Shown here: positions 24,625 through 36,700 of the stretch, piece after piece
Numbering within the stretch: the first letter of the stretch is position 1
Layout: each line of letters starts with the position of its first letter
DNA from: Orbicella franksi
Taxonomy: Eukaryota
Length of the DNA stretch: 64,000 nt
Direction of reading: 5' to 3'
NCBI GenBank assembly: GCA_964199315.1
Contig: OZ116699.1
Span: 16,988,001 to 17,052,000 of the forward strand
The notes under the pieces: model-generated
Told to the model about the DNA's origin: nothing
The model's input: the letters and a program-made list of their open reading frames with translations, nothing else
The model's database searches: none
Made by a program: the position numbers and the translations under genes

Positions 24625-27600
24625 CTAATGGGGTGTCATCAGGGCATGACGGCTGTGTAGCTGAATGTGAAGAGCGGTCAAAAGGCCATCCAAGGCTTGG
24701 CGGGGGACGATAATGCACTCCCTGGACGGTGACAACAGTTCATGACGCTGCACAACAAGGAGGCCATCATTTGCAATTGACGCAACTTGTAAATACTGTT
24801 TGACGTCCTTGATGTTAGTCAGTTTCTTGGAAGGTCTCGTACCCTGGACAAGGTGAGCGTGTGTCCGGCGCAGGTCTGGGCATTCAGACTGAACAGCCAA
24901 CCAGGCGAGCCGGCTGGTGAAGGGAAGGCGGACGCTCCCTTGAAGGATATCTTGAACAAACACGGCTCGGACAACAGAGTCGCTAGTTCGAGTGATGAAA
25001 GAACACACCTGACGGGTCTCGTTTTCACAGGGGACGGCGTTTCGGCTTGCAAAGTCTGACGGGAGGATATCAGCGCCTGAGACGTGCCTTACAGAAGCCT
25101 GGTAGCGGCTTACGACAGATAAGAAAGTGGATACACGAGGGCTGGCAGAAAACTCCCCACGGCAGAGCTTCTCGTACACTTGGACGCAGGGCTTACTGTC
25201 AGTAAGGATGCAGGCCTTCTTGGACGACTGAATAAGATACGGGCTGAAGTGCTTAGTAGCAGCCGCAATGGAGTGGGCTTCTACCTCGCATGGAAGCCAC
25301 GTTGTCTGGGACCCCCGCAACTTAGCGCTGAAGAAACCGGAAACATGTAACTTGTCTCTGTGCATCACATAGAGGGTAGCACCTATTCCTGGGTCCCTGA
25401 CAGCTCCGTCAGTTACGATCCATAGCTGGTCCTCAGGTCTGGGTAACTTGATTGTGAGCGCAGATGAAAGGGCATTCTGAGCACTACGGAATGCACCTCT
25501 TAGATCATCGGTCCAGTTTATGGATTCCTGGGAAGGACGACCAGCCGTTACAGCATCCAAGGGAGTGAGATAACGTGAGCACCTTGGGATGACGCGGGAG
25601 AGGACCTTGTATGCCCCAATGAAGGATCTCAATCGACCAACAGTGCTTGGCTCAGGGTAGGTGGCGAGAGTGTTTAGGCGGTGGGGACTGGCGGAGAGAG
25701 AGCCAACAGTCCAGATCCAGCCAAGAATAGTGGTGCACTTGGGACTGATGATGGTCTTGTGGGCAGACAAACGCAGGTTACACTTGTGTAGGGCTTGTAG
25801 GACCTTCTTCCAGTTGCATAATAGCTCTTGGGGTGTGTTGCCGCCACAGTATAGATCATCCGCAATTTTGGCCACGGATCCATCTTGTAGTAAGGGGCCT
25901 AGGACGCGGGACATAACCTCTTCCAGGGCGGTTTCCGAACCGGGCATGCCCATAGCGGAACAAACGTAGACTCGTACTCCTTTAAAAGGAGTGGCAACGC
26001 CGCAGTACTTCATGGACTCTTTGGCCAAAGGGATTTGATAAAAGGCACTTGTTAGGTCGGTGACAATGATGTGTGACCACTGGGCGATGAGTCGTAGGGT
26101 GGAGTCAACATCAGGCAGCAAAGATGGTTGAGGCTTACTGTATCTGCCTACGTCAGCGAAAGCAGTGACGAGACGAGAGCCGCCATTGGGCTTCTTTACC
26201 AGGATAGAAGGGTTTAGGTATTCAACAGTGATACCAACATCTTTGGGGCGACGGAAGACTCCGAGTTGCTCTAGGTGGTCAAACTTCTCTTGGAGCTCGA
26301 CAAGTTTATCTCGTGCATATTGGGGGAGGCGACCTTTCCGCTGTGGTGGCTCAACAGGGCCCATGTTGACCTGTGCTTGGTAAGGGCCTGCGGATCCATT
26401 GTAACCAGGGAACTGGGGGTCAAATACGGAGTCGTACTCTCTAAGCAGGGATTGGAAATTGGCCCTGATGGCCTGAGGTAGGATGCTGTCTGGGTCTACC
26501 TGAACAGATGCGGAGTGACTGGAATTAGAGGGTGGTAACAGACGCTGAGCAGGAGACGGGCCTGGATCCTCTTTTGGTTCGAAGACAGGAGTGACTTGGC
26601 AGAAGTGTTCGTGACGCTTAAGTGTGCGAGGCTCGGTTGACAGGTTTGGTATGCGTATGGCCCGCGCAACACTTGAAACGACACTAGGCTGCGGCCACAA
26701 CTGGGATGGCTTGAGTTTATGTGAACTTGGTGCATCAGTACAAGGCTCAAGTGCATACTCTGAATCAGGAGGAGCATCGTCTGGCAGCTGTACTTCCAAG
26801 AATTCTCCGGGCCAAACAGTCTTGGAAGGAGTGGGAGCACGGAGAACAAAAGCCCTACGAACAGTTGGGAGGGGGCTGGGTGGAGACTTGGACCCATACG
26901 TGTAGACAGACCCATTGCCAAGGAGCACCTCTCTCTTAGCGGGACGCACAGCAACATCATTTGCCTCCATAAAGGGGGTCCCGGCGAGTACTTCAACATC
27001 AAGATCCTCTACGACAAGACCTTCGAACGTAAAGTCTGTGTTGTCGCGGGTGAAGGTTGTTCGTATCTCACCGACCACCCGAAGTTGAGAAGAGCCATCA
27101 GCCTGCTGGACGGACTGGGCACTTGATATTACAGGACATCCGAGGTGTTTCGTGGTAGAGTGACGGATCATATTTCCAGTGGCGCCGCTGTCAATGGTGA
27201 CGCGGACAACACGGTGAGCATGAAAGACATCCATATAAGGAGACTGACGGGTCTGTACACGGTAGGCTATGACATCTGGGGTAGGCAAAGTGGGATCAGG
27301 ACCTGGAGTATCAGGGTCGAGGTCGCAGTCCGTGTCTGGTTCGTTGTCGAGGATGCCAACGATCTGTCTCGCTTTTACCATGAAGCGCCTGTCATTGTCA
27401 GGAAGGAAGGTACACTGACTGAGGAAGTGGTTTGTGTTAGAGCGACCGGCTTGCTTGCATAAGGGGCAGACCTTGTCCTGACGAGGTTGTCTGGTGCGGA
27501 ACTTAGAGTTACTCCTGCCACCCGGACGGGGGCTACGAAAATCGTCAGCTACTGCTGCACGCAGGATCCTAGCGTCATCGGAGGTGCGGATTTCCTCAAG

Positions 27601-28284
27601 GAGAGAGGTAAGGGCTTGTGAGATTTCTGGCTTAATTGAGGCGAGGGTGCGAGATCTCAACTCCGTGCCGTAGCGCTGCTTGACCAATCGAGGAAGGCTG
27701 GGGTGAATGAGTCGTAGCCAGATAAGGATGACGAAGTTCTCGAGAGTGGGAGTAAGTTCCTCGTGCTCTGAAACATGTTCACCATGGTGGGTTAAGCCAT
27801 TTGCACGCAGCAAGGAATCCTCCACAAAGGCCATGAGGCGTTGGTACAGGTCCTCGGGGCGCTCATCTGCCGCAAGGTGTATGTCAGAAAAGTCGATAAG
27901 TTGTGCGCCGGTGACCTGGAATCCAAAGTGTTGTCGAATAGCTTGCCAGATGAACTCAAGAGAGGTTGAGTTTTTTACCAGCGTGCTACGCGAAATAATA
28001 GGGCAGTAATTGGCGATTTGTCCCAGCATCAGCTCGAGGAAGTTGGTTTTTTGACGAGCGGTTAAGCGTCGAGAGAGTGGTACAGTTTCGCCATCGTTTT
28101 CGAGTCCTCGAAGCAGTTGGGCTTTGGTCTTTTTCAACCATGTAAAACCATCCGCGAGGAAGGGGGCAAAGTTGCTGTCTAAGGATAGTGTGTACAGTAG
28201 ATTTTGCTTCCAGTTTTCAAAGCTATTGATTGTTTCCACCTTGGAGAGGCACCACTGCTTCGGTGCGCGGTGAGTAGACGCCAT
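24625..28284 (-). CDS. Gag-Pol polyprotein, 1219 aa (Gag with Zn knuckle, aspartic protease, RT, RNase H, truncated integrase)
   Basis: Knuckle [19 protein letters not shown]; protease IDSGATGN; RT motifs [19 protein letters not shown] and KIADDLY; RNase H motifs IVTDGA, CEVEA, LTDSKP and SDFASR. The frame ends just after IIVPRQ...ALHIQL, at the start of the integrase Zn finger. Confidence 0.93.
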   Translation of the reverse strand: MASTHRAPKQWCLSKVETINSFENWKQNLLYTLSLDSNFAPFLADGFTWLKKTKAQLLRGLENDGETVPLSRRLTARQKTNFLELMLGQIANYCPIISRSTLVKNSTSLEFIWQAIRQHFGFQVTGAQLIDFSDIHLAADERPEDLYQRLMAFVEDSLLRANGLTHHGEHVSEHEELTPTLENFVILIWLRLIHPSLPRLVKQRYGTELRSRTLASIKPEISQALTSLLEEIRTSDDARILRAAVADDFRSPRPGGRSNSKFRTRQPRQDKVCPLCKQAGRSNTNHFLSQCTFLPDNDRRFMVKARQIVGILDNEPDTDCDLDPDTPGPDPTLPTPDVIAYRVQTRQSPYMDVFHAHRVVRVTIDSGATGNMIRHSTTKHLGCPVISSAQSVQQADGSSQLRVVGEIRTTFTRDNTDFTFEGLVVEDLDVEVLAGTPFMEANDVAVRPAKREVLLGNGSVYTYGSKSPPSPLPTVRRAFVLRAPTPSKTVWPGEFLEVQLPDDAPPDSEYALEPCTDAPSSHKLKPSQLWPQPSVVSSVARAIRIPNLSTEPRTLKRHEHFCQVTPVFEPKEDPGPSPAQRLLPPSNSSHSASVQVDPDSILPQAIRANFQSLLREYDSVFDPQFPGYNGSAGPYQAQVNMGPVEPPQRKGRLPQYARDKLVELQEKFDHLEQLGVFRRPKDVGITVEYLNPSILVKKPNGGSRLVTAFADVGRYSKPQPSLLPDVDSTLRLIAQWSHIIVTDLTSAFYQIPLAKESMKYCGVATPFKGVRVYVCSAMGMPGSETALEEVMSRVLGPLLQDGSVAKIADDLYCGGNTPQELLCNWKKVLQALHKCNLRLSAHKTIISPKCTTILGWIWTVGSLSASPHRLNTLATYPEPSTVGRLRSFIGAYKVLSRVIPRCSRYLTPLDAVTAGRPSQESINWTDDLRGAFRSAQNALSSALTIKLPRPEDQLWIVTDGAVRDPGIGATLYVMHRDKLHVSGFFSAKLRGSQTTWLPCEVEAHSIAAATKHFSPYLIQSSKKACILTDSKPCVQVYEKLCRGEFSASPRVSTFLSVVSRYQASVRHVSGADILPSDFASRNAVPCENETRQVCSFITRTSDSVVRAVFVQDILQGSVRLPFTSRLAWLAVQSECPDLRRTHAHLVQGTRPSKKLTNIKDVKQYLQVASIANDGLLVVQRHELLSPSRECIIVPRQALDGLLTALHIQLHSRHALMTPH

Positions 28285-28401
28285 AACACACGATGTAGAA
28301 CTCCGGACGTGTTGTCACAGCGAAGGATGCACTGTTTTGGCTCACGCGGTCGAGGCAGAAAAGAGGCTTTCTACGACGAAAATGCGGCTTGGGTTGAACC
28401 G

Positions 28402-28414
28402 ACCGCTGCCACCA
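28402..28414 (-). promoter_or_regulatory. Primer-binding site, probably tRNA-Leu(AAG/TAG)
   Basis: The minus strand reads TGGTGGCAGCGGT directly after the 5' LTR. This is complementary to the conserved 3' end ...ACCGCUGCCACCA of eukaryotic tRNA-Leu(AAG/TAG). Confidence 0.75.
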
Positions 28415-28587
28415 CGCCAGTTAAGAAGATAAGGCAAGAACCAAGTCACGACCGGCTCGTGTAAGGCTTTTAATCAAACTGGGATAAAACTAACAGCCGA
28501 GTAACAGTAACAATATGGCGGACGCCACGCTACGAACAACAGAAAAAACGCATGCTGAGTCCTAGTACCGCTGACCAGTACTGGCGT
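28414..28587 (-). repeat. 5' LTR of the Gypsy element
   Basis: Direct repeat of 24212-24385, with an 8-bp terminal inverted repeat ACGCCAGT...ACTGGCGT. Confidence 0.93.
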
Positions 28588-29155
28588 AGCATATGGATGA
28601 CCAGCAGCAAATGCCGTATAGTACAATTTCAAGTCATCTGTCTGATCCTGAATAAAAGCATATCATTTAGATCTGTTATCAAATGCCTTACAATCAATCA
28701 ATCAATCAACCACAATTTACTCAGGTTGTTTTAACAACCTAAGTTGATTGTGGTTAGCAAAACAAAACAAGTAATAAGTGTACTGTCACTGTTTTGTAAA
28801 CAGTCCAGGTATGTTCAGTATGCTATTAATTCATGTTTTCTGTCAACATAAAGTGACTAGGAATATTGCTGCTCCCCTGTAACAGAACACAAACGAGCAG
28901 TTTGCTGGAACTGCCCAGATTACTTGATCCAGAAATTGTTCTAACCATAAGGCCACTGCATGACCTTTCCCACCTAGTGGCAGACAAATGATTTAAAAAA
29001 AACAATGACACATTCATCTTGGCTTGTAAGTTATTGATGATAACATTGTTAGTGCTTACCTTGTCAGATGGAGACATCTGATCTGCTGTAATACGCTTGA
29101 TATTTTCAGCTTCCTCTTCTTTTTTCGTCCGGTAACAGGTCCTCTGTGATGCAAA

Positions 29156-29787
29156 CCCAGGTGGAAATCATGATAAGAATGTTGCCAACTCATAAAGAAT
29201 GTTTGTAAGATTCTTTGAGAGTCTGAGGAATTTTTATCTCATTAAGTAATATTTTTGCAGGTTTTTGATTTATGGAGATATCTATTAAACTGCAGGTTTA
29301 TTACAGGATGTTAATAATATCTTTCATTAAATATTTTAGCATTTAATTGACATTTTTCATTTTATATATTTTTAATGTTATGTCAATTTATATATATTTA
29401 TATTTTACAATGTAGTTAATATGAATAATTAATTTAATTGCAATATAAGTTCTTGCATTCTCATAAGAATTTGTAGGATTCTTTCAAGTTCTTATAAGAT
29501 CTTACAAGACTTTAAGTTCTTCTAAGATTCTTTTAAGTTTTGAAAGATTTGTACAAAATCTTACAAGATGCTTTAATTAAGGATCAGCTATTGATGGAAA
29601 ATGAAATATTGTCGCAACATCTTATGCATTTATGACAAGATGATGATAAACAATATTTTAAAATTCTTGTAAGATTATTTCAATTATTGTTTTGAAAGAT
29701 TCTTACAAGATTCAGCGACATTCTCAGAAGTTCTTGCAAATAGTATTCTTATAGAGTTGTGTGATCTTATTATGATTACCACATGGG
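29156..29787. mobile_element. MITE (~630 bp) with an AT-rich core
   Basis: 23-bp TIRs cccaggtggaaatcatgataaga / tcttattatgattaccacatggg match at 20 of 23 positions. No clear TSD. Confidence 0.7.
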
Positions 29788-29899
29788 ATTGACAGTCCAA
29801 ACTGACAGCATCAACTATAGTCCTGAAAAAAAAATTAGATGAAAATGAATAAATAATTTTATTAACAAGAATTGATGGATGTGCAGTCTAATAATTGAT

Positions 29900-32800
29900 A
29901 CTGATCCTCAGAACATGAAGAGATCCTGGGTTGGCATTAACTGGCTTTCAAACAATCCAGCCATGTCATACAATAATGATATGAAAACAACACTTTGTGA
30001 TGCATCTCATTAGTGTACAATCCTGGGCATAAGTGAGAGATCATAGACTACTGGCTAAGCATAAGCAAAGATCATCCTATAGAAGGTATCTGTTCACTTG
30101 CTTGAGTTCAGTTTGTCTTGTGAGTCCAGAGGGAATTTTCTGATGTTCAGAGCATCTTCAAAACTTTAGAACAAGATAGTAATGCTGTACTGTTACCATA
30201 GCATCAGTGCTAGACTAAAGAGCCGATAAATCAAGATTTCCTACCTCTTGTGGAAAGCAACCTCTTGTAATGGATTTATAATGAACACTGCAATCAAGTG
30301 CTTCTTGGTTTTTTTTTTCTGTCAGGTCGATAGCTTCTGGTAATTCTTCATCTCCAGGTTCACATCTGGCACAGAATCAATATGGCACTTTATGTCATGG
30401 GGCCCTCAGATGTTGCATGCTGAGATTGAAATAAAGACAGCATCCTCTCAAATGGTACTCTGATACAACTCTATGCAGGTTCTATCAACCATGTAAGTAT
30501 GTAAAGTGAGTGCATGCAAGTGTTAGAAGTTGAAATCAATATATTGAAACCCTGTACCTCTTATGTACTGGTAACTCTTGTTGATGCAGCTATTAAGGGA
30601 TCGTGTCTCACCATTTTCATCCTCTCAGGTACTAGATTCTGCCCTCAGTCATGGAAACTCACCAGCACTTCCATCTGTTTTGGCAGCAAGGAAACTGGAC
30701 ACAAACAAGAGATGGTGACCTCATTGCATGGGTTTTCTCAAGCTGTAGCTGAAGTCGAAATGTTGCTAAGAATCCTGTCAATTGGCTAAACAGAAATCTG
30801 CTTAAGGTGGAATTGTGTTAAATATTAGTAATTTATGAAAGGTTAAAATTCTAAATGTACTATACTAATGTTAGTACTGTATTGTGAGAATTTGGTTATA
30901 CATCAAGACAATGGCTCTTAGGCAGAGGCAAGCTTTTAATTCCTTTTTTTGCATGTATATGGTTACCTGTACTTATCAATGTATTAAAGTTATGACAATT
31001 TGGTGTTGCATCAAAGCAATTTCTCATAGAATTGGGCCTACATCAGATGCGAGAAGTGGTTTCTTTGGGAAGAGTGTACTGATTGCTACTAACAGTTGTG
31101 AAAAAAATGAAATGTTGTGAAGATTTGTTGGTACATTAAGACCATCAGATAGAATCCTTCTTGTTCCAGTCTCATTTATAGAGATTGTCAGAAGTCAAAA
31201 TCTGTCTGAAATTTCCTTACCTCTGGCTGAAAGGTTGCTGGAGCTATGAAGACACTGTAACAAAGCACTTCTTGATGTTATTTTCTTCCCAGGTGGATGC
31301 TACATATAAAAGGAGGACCCAAGTACACACTGCAGCAATGACAACTGGTAGGTCACAAACTACGAATGTTGACATCATGATGTCATTGCAAAGGTGAATC
31401 CTTCTGATGCTATGACCTCTTTAACACAAAGCTGCTCAGGATAAAAGGGTGTTTTTCATCAGTAACTTATTAAGATAAAAAGAATCATGTTTTTTCTTCT
31501 TTTCAACAACTGCATCGATAAATTCTTTTTAATATTTATTCTGTGAGAATTTGGTACTTTGTCAAGGCAATTCTCCCTTCTATACCAATATTTCTTTTGA
31601 GAATTTGGTAGTACATCAAGACAGTTATTCTGACTACGACCAAGTTGTATTTTATTTTGTGTCACCAGAATTCTCCTAGAAGAAGCTATGATAATTAATT
31701 TATTTAATAATTAATTTCATTAATGAGAATTCAGTGGGATATCAAGGCAAATATCTTTTTTCTTAGTGATTGCTACTACTTATCTTTTTCCTTGGTAGAT
31801 GCTGAGGTCATGTACACAGAGAATCTGCGAATCAGAGAATTTCTGGGTGCACTAGCAGCAGGGATAGTTGGACATCACTAACACATGCTGTCATCATGGA
31901 GTCTTCTCAAGCTGTCACTGATGATGAATTCTTAGCGGAACATGCTGTCAATCTTCTTCAACACAAAACTGCTCAAAATGGGAATTGTATCACCTAACGT
32001 TTAAAAGGTGAAAAGAATTATTGTCACAGTGACTGCTAATCCCACAGGCACTGATGTACATATTTTAGTGAGAAGTAATATTTTGCTGTTACATCAAGAC
32101 AGTGTCCCCTAGAATCAATTATCCATCCCAGCGGTCACATGTACATGTGTGCATGTTTAAGCTGTGAGAATTTGGTGACTGTTCAGTACATCAAGACAAT
32201 ATTCACTCAGTTGAATGGTGCTTATATCTCTCCATGTTGTTTGCTATTACATACAGTACATCTTTTTAGAATTCTGTGGTTCATCATTACAATTCCCTCT
32301 AAAACAGATCCTTGCTTATTAAATAAGTAAGGTATGTTTATTTTTATAACAGGTAGCACTACACATAGCAGTGATACAGTTTCAGAAAGTTGTCAAAGTC
32401 AATGCATTCAAATTCTCTACCTGTTGTTATAAAGGGCTGGTGCAGCTATGGAGGCCTTATGTGCCACAAGGCACAAAGAAGCTAAGTGAAGTGAAGTGAA
32501 GCAGCTATGGATGACATACTGCGAAAGGCATCTCAATTCTGTTTTCTTTCTCTTGTGGCGTATGGAAAGCCCTCATTTCATGTACACCAGGATCAACATG
32601 ATACTTGGACACCAGCAAAGAACGTTGATGACATAGAGCTTTCTCAGGTGGTCACTGGATGATCCTACCAATTCGCTTAAACACAAAATTGCTCAAGAGA
32701 GTGGAATATTGGTAAGTTTTAATAGGCTGCAAGAATTTGATGTTAGATTAACATCCTCAGTACTGATGGTTATCATAATGAGCAAGTTGTATTGACCATG

Positions 32801-33700
32801 TACAGCTTAATCAAGGTAAACATCAACCTCCCTTACCATTGTTGAAAGATGGTAAATCACAGAGCACTTCTCAATAATGTTATCTCACATGGATGCTGCT
32901 GTCTGTTTGGGTGACCCCCTGTGGTTTCCAAGTGGACTGGTGTCAACAACAGTTTTAGACCAATACACAAAGTTGACATCATGAGGTCAGTGTTGCTGTC
33001 ACATCCTGGTAATAAACTTGGAGACAAAGCTGCTTAAGGTTGAAGTTAGTAACTCTCAGAGGATTAAAAACATATCAGTCTTAATATTATTCCACACCTA
33101 CAATCTCTGCTAGTTTTACTATACTAATGTCTGTTTTGAGAATTTGATGGTACCATCAAAACAATATATCTTTGATTCACACATGTTATTCTCCATACTG
33201 ACTGCATCGCTAGTGTATGTTCTGAGAATTTGGGTGTATATCAAGATATAATAGAATATAATTTCTCTGTACTGATTGCCTTTCTTACTAATGCATGTTC
33301 TTAGAATTTGGTCTACATCAAGACCATGTCTTCTAGAATCATGCCACCTCTCCACATACCATTATTGCAACTTCTCAGGACTGCATTTTTGTAGCAAATG
33401 AAAGAAGCAAGTTAGCCCTTGATCCATTGGTACATTTCTTCTCCACTCTGGCAGTAGCAGAATAAAGCTGTGTGCAAGTCCATGGGTGATTCTCCATTTA
33501 TGAGGCTGTTGTCACAATATGATTTCACCGGCAATCTACTAGGGAACTAAAGCACATTTTACAAGTTAATAGCTGGAACTGAAAAACATACATATACATC
33601 ACTTACCTTCATGATAACAAAAGATGATCCAAAATGTCATAATGAAATGAGCAATATCTTTTACTTTTGTAATGATTTTCACGCCTCCGAAAATGGACGT
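29900..33700 (-). pseudogene. Decayed repeat-protein unit 'B' of unknown identity (HCLDVxPNS-like repeats)
   Basis: At least 10 degenerate copies of TGAGAATTTGG-N-CATCAAGACA, plus recurring ACACAAA(A/G)CTGCTCA and TTCTCAAGCTGT blocks. A 71-nt GT-AG intron lies at 33536-33606. There is no long open frame. Confidence 0.45.
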
Positions 33701-36700
33701 TTTGAGTTATGTGATTGCCCCCGAAAGTGGGCTAATTTGACCTAGACAGTAATAGTTATTTAATCTCAAGTTAAGTGACTCATAATGTATTACAAAAAAG
33801 CACACTGACACCATTTTTTCTAGTTTTATTGTATTGATAAGTAATATCAGAAACTCATAAGGGGCTCAATACCCCTTTTAAGTTTCAGGCAATGCATATT
33901 AATAGAAAAGTTAGTTACAATAATATTTAATGTCTTCATGGTTTCTTGCTGTCTTCTCCATTCTACTCGCTCCCGAAAATGAGCAGTGACCACATGCTAT
34001 GATTACTATGCTTTTTACAATAACAATATTGCTTTTTACAATGCAAAAAAATCCACAGGACCTAAATTAAAGCATGAGGGGGTGTGCTTGTTAAGCTGAA
34101 TAATTTGGCATCCAGAGAAAGCCAAGAGTGTCCCAGTGTCAGTTGACACTTCTTTTGGAACACCCAGGGCTCCTGGATGATTCTCATTGGTCTGTAATCT
34201 TTGGTTTGGTAATGAATCAATGTCAATACCAAGCCTTAATGTGCTTGTAGCCGGATAATGTTTGGAAACCAAAAGCCAAACTGTAAGCGAAAGCCGAACC
34301 AAAAGGCTATCATTAATTATTATAATTAAAACAATTTAATCCACGTACCTCTTGCCAGGTTGTAGAAATAACCTACCTTAAATATCATCTCTTGGTCCTT
34401 CAACCCAAAGGATAGCTCTGTCTCAACATAAGCATCGCCAGAGAAATGCTTCTGAATGACATGACAAGCATACAAGTGGAGCAGCCAAGAGGTACAACTG
34501 ACACTAAGATCACGGATGACTCTTATTGAGTGGTTTCTCTTGGCCATATTCCAGTCTTGTTGATCCCTTTTGAAGCTAATTGACATGTATAGTGATGTCA
34601 TGAGATTACTTGAAGGTACAATGATCCAGTGAGAATTCCATGCTTTGGAAATTCATCCACCCTTGCTGCAAAATAGTCCTTCAATTATGTTTGTAATGAA
34701 GTCTTTCTCTCACAAGACTTCCAGGTTAGAGTTCAGTATGAGGTTGACAACCTCACCCCATAAATAGGAAATATCTCAAAGGGCAGCAACAAGATTCAAT
34801 TAAGCAGGAAGTCAAAGACTAGGAATGGAGTTTGAAATGTAAGGGCTGTATAGCACTAGTAGACGTTCACAGGTGACCAGGTAGATGAGTGAAAAAACGT
34901 ATAATTCACATAATCACTCTTGGCTTCAGTCAGTGCAGATGGAGTGAATTTGTTTCTTAGGAAACAGACGTGGAAGCAAGTTTGCTTTTAGACCTGAGTG
35001 ATATCCAAGATTCTAAAGAACTTGCAGTTGCTTACCTTGAGAAGTTTGCTGAGAAGTTCATCCTTGAATAGGAAACAGTGAGATATTGATCAAATCCAGA
35101 TTCTGCTGATGCTGGGCAAGGATGAATCCAGAGCTGTTCTCTGATCATGCTGATCCTGAGTGGAATGACACATTTTGTTCATGCCAAAGGACATGATGAA
35201 TCATGACACTTACAACAAAACTGTCTGTGTATGCTGTTGTCCAGTTGGAGGATTTGTGTTTCTCTTGCAAGATTCTTGAGAGGTTGCAGGCTCTGTATAT
35301 TTTGGTAGTAAAGATCTGGGATGAAACATTTCTCTTCCAGTATTATTGGCATTAGAAGATGGGCTTGATTGGTTGACAGCTTTAGAAAGCAGTGCTTGTT
35401 TAGTTAGGAATCAGCTTAGTGAGAAGTAGGTAGTATGTGTGTTATTCTTCAATATTCCAGCTTTCCAGTGTTCCAGTGCTCCATTGCTTTCAATTAGCTG
35501 AAAATTGGTTTCTTGGTAAAGTACACCCTTGGTGGCTGTGTGGGACATTTGGTAGTATCAGACAACATGGATGACAAGAGAGTTGTGGAAAGGCATGGTT
35601 TTAAGTAGTGTAAACAATTATGGTGTTGACTATAAACTTTTGTAGTACAAAGAACCTTTCTGGTCATTCATCAGTGGTGTTTTGTTTCTATAGAGGCATA
35701 ATTTCCTCCTTGGCATGTTGGTAGTGATCACCATCACTAAAGCTGCACATACTGTAGGGTATTAATAGGACAGATGTTTATCTGCGTGTAAGCTGAAGGC
35801 TGTTGTGCATATTGTATTTGGCTAATTTTTTGAATTACAGGACATGTTTCTTGCTCCTCGCTCGTATTATACCAGAGGTTCCTGTGGATTTTCTTGGGTT
35901 TCTTCTTGAATCAAGTGTAGTAGGTCTATCAATCAGGATTGAACAAAGGTGTTGTAAAGGAACTTTTAAGTCCACAGCCCAAGACGATCTCTGGACATAG
36001 GTAGAAAATGAAAAGCACCTTTTTGATAAGCAAGTTGACTGAGAAACTTCTTAGAAGGAAAAGATTAATGCTAAACCCAGCCTGTTTGAGAAGCCCTCAA
36101 CAAGGCTGCTGTGGAGAAGCATTGTAACACATTTATCTTTTGATTATGGATAAGGTTACCATAAAATAAACAGTCAATCTGCTGAAAGGTTTTTGATCTT
36201 TGTGTCCTCAATAACCAGAGGTATCTTGTTTTAGCATAGGGACTTATCCAGTATTTCCAGGACCCCTTTGAACAGGTGGGACTACTCCCACATTGATCAT
36301 CTTCCCATTAATGGGATAAAAGAGCTTGTGTTTGAAAAGAGGGGCCTGTGTAGGAAGTACATGACCATCAGGTAACTGCCTTTGTTAAATCATGGGTCTA
36401 CTCTGGATAGTACAAGACAGTCAAGACAGAAAATTAATGTTGTACTCTCTTGGATGATCGTCTGTGGCACTGATTCTACACAGAACTGCTGGACTTGTTT
36501 CAGTTCCTCACCAGCTTTCTCTTTACTTTCTTCTTGTCTTTGATGATCTCCTAGTTGTCCCTGCTCCACTGATTGGGGATTTTCCCTTTATTCTAATTGT
36601 GGCTAAAGGAGCTTCATTTTATGAGATAATTGTTTTCGATGTCTAAGTAACAGATCATTAAGATCAGACAAGAGTTGTTGAGAGTCTTGTGTCAGAGGTA

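Larger units (their letters stand above)
24212..28587 (-). mobile_element. Ty3/Gypsy LTR retrotransposon, 4376 bp, with internal deletion of the integrase core
   Basis: Two ~174-bp LTRs, a PBS, a PPT and a single gag-pol ORF in PR-RT-RH-(IN) order. Confidence 0.95.

Noticed and set aside
24819-28464. Multiple 60-170 aa ORFs overlapping the Gypsy element on either strand
   Set aside because: They are shadow ORFs of the GC-rich gag-pol frame, with no independent motifs.
30884-33330. Recurring ~25-bp motif with variable spacers, superficially CRISPR-like
   Set aside because: The context is eukaryotic, the repeats are highly degenerate with irregular spacing (55-700 bp), and there are no cas genes.
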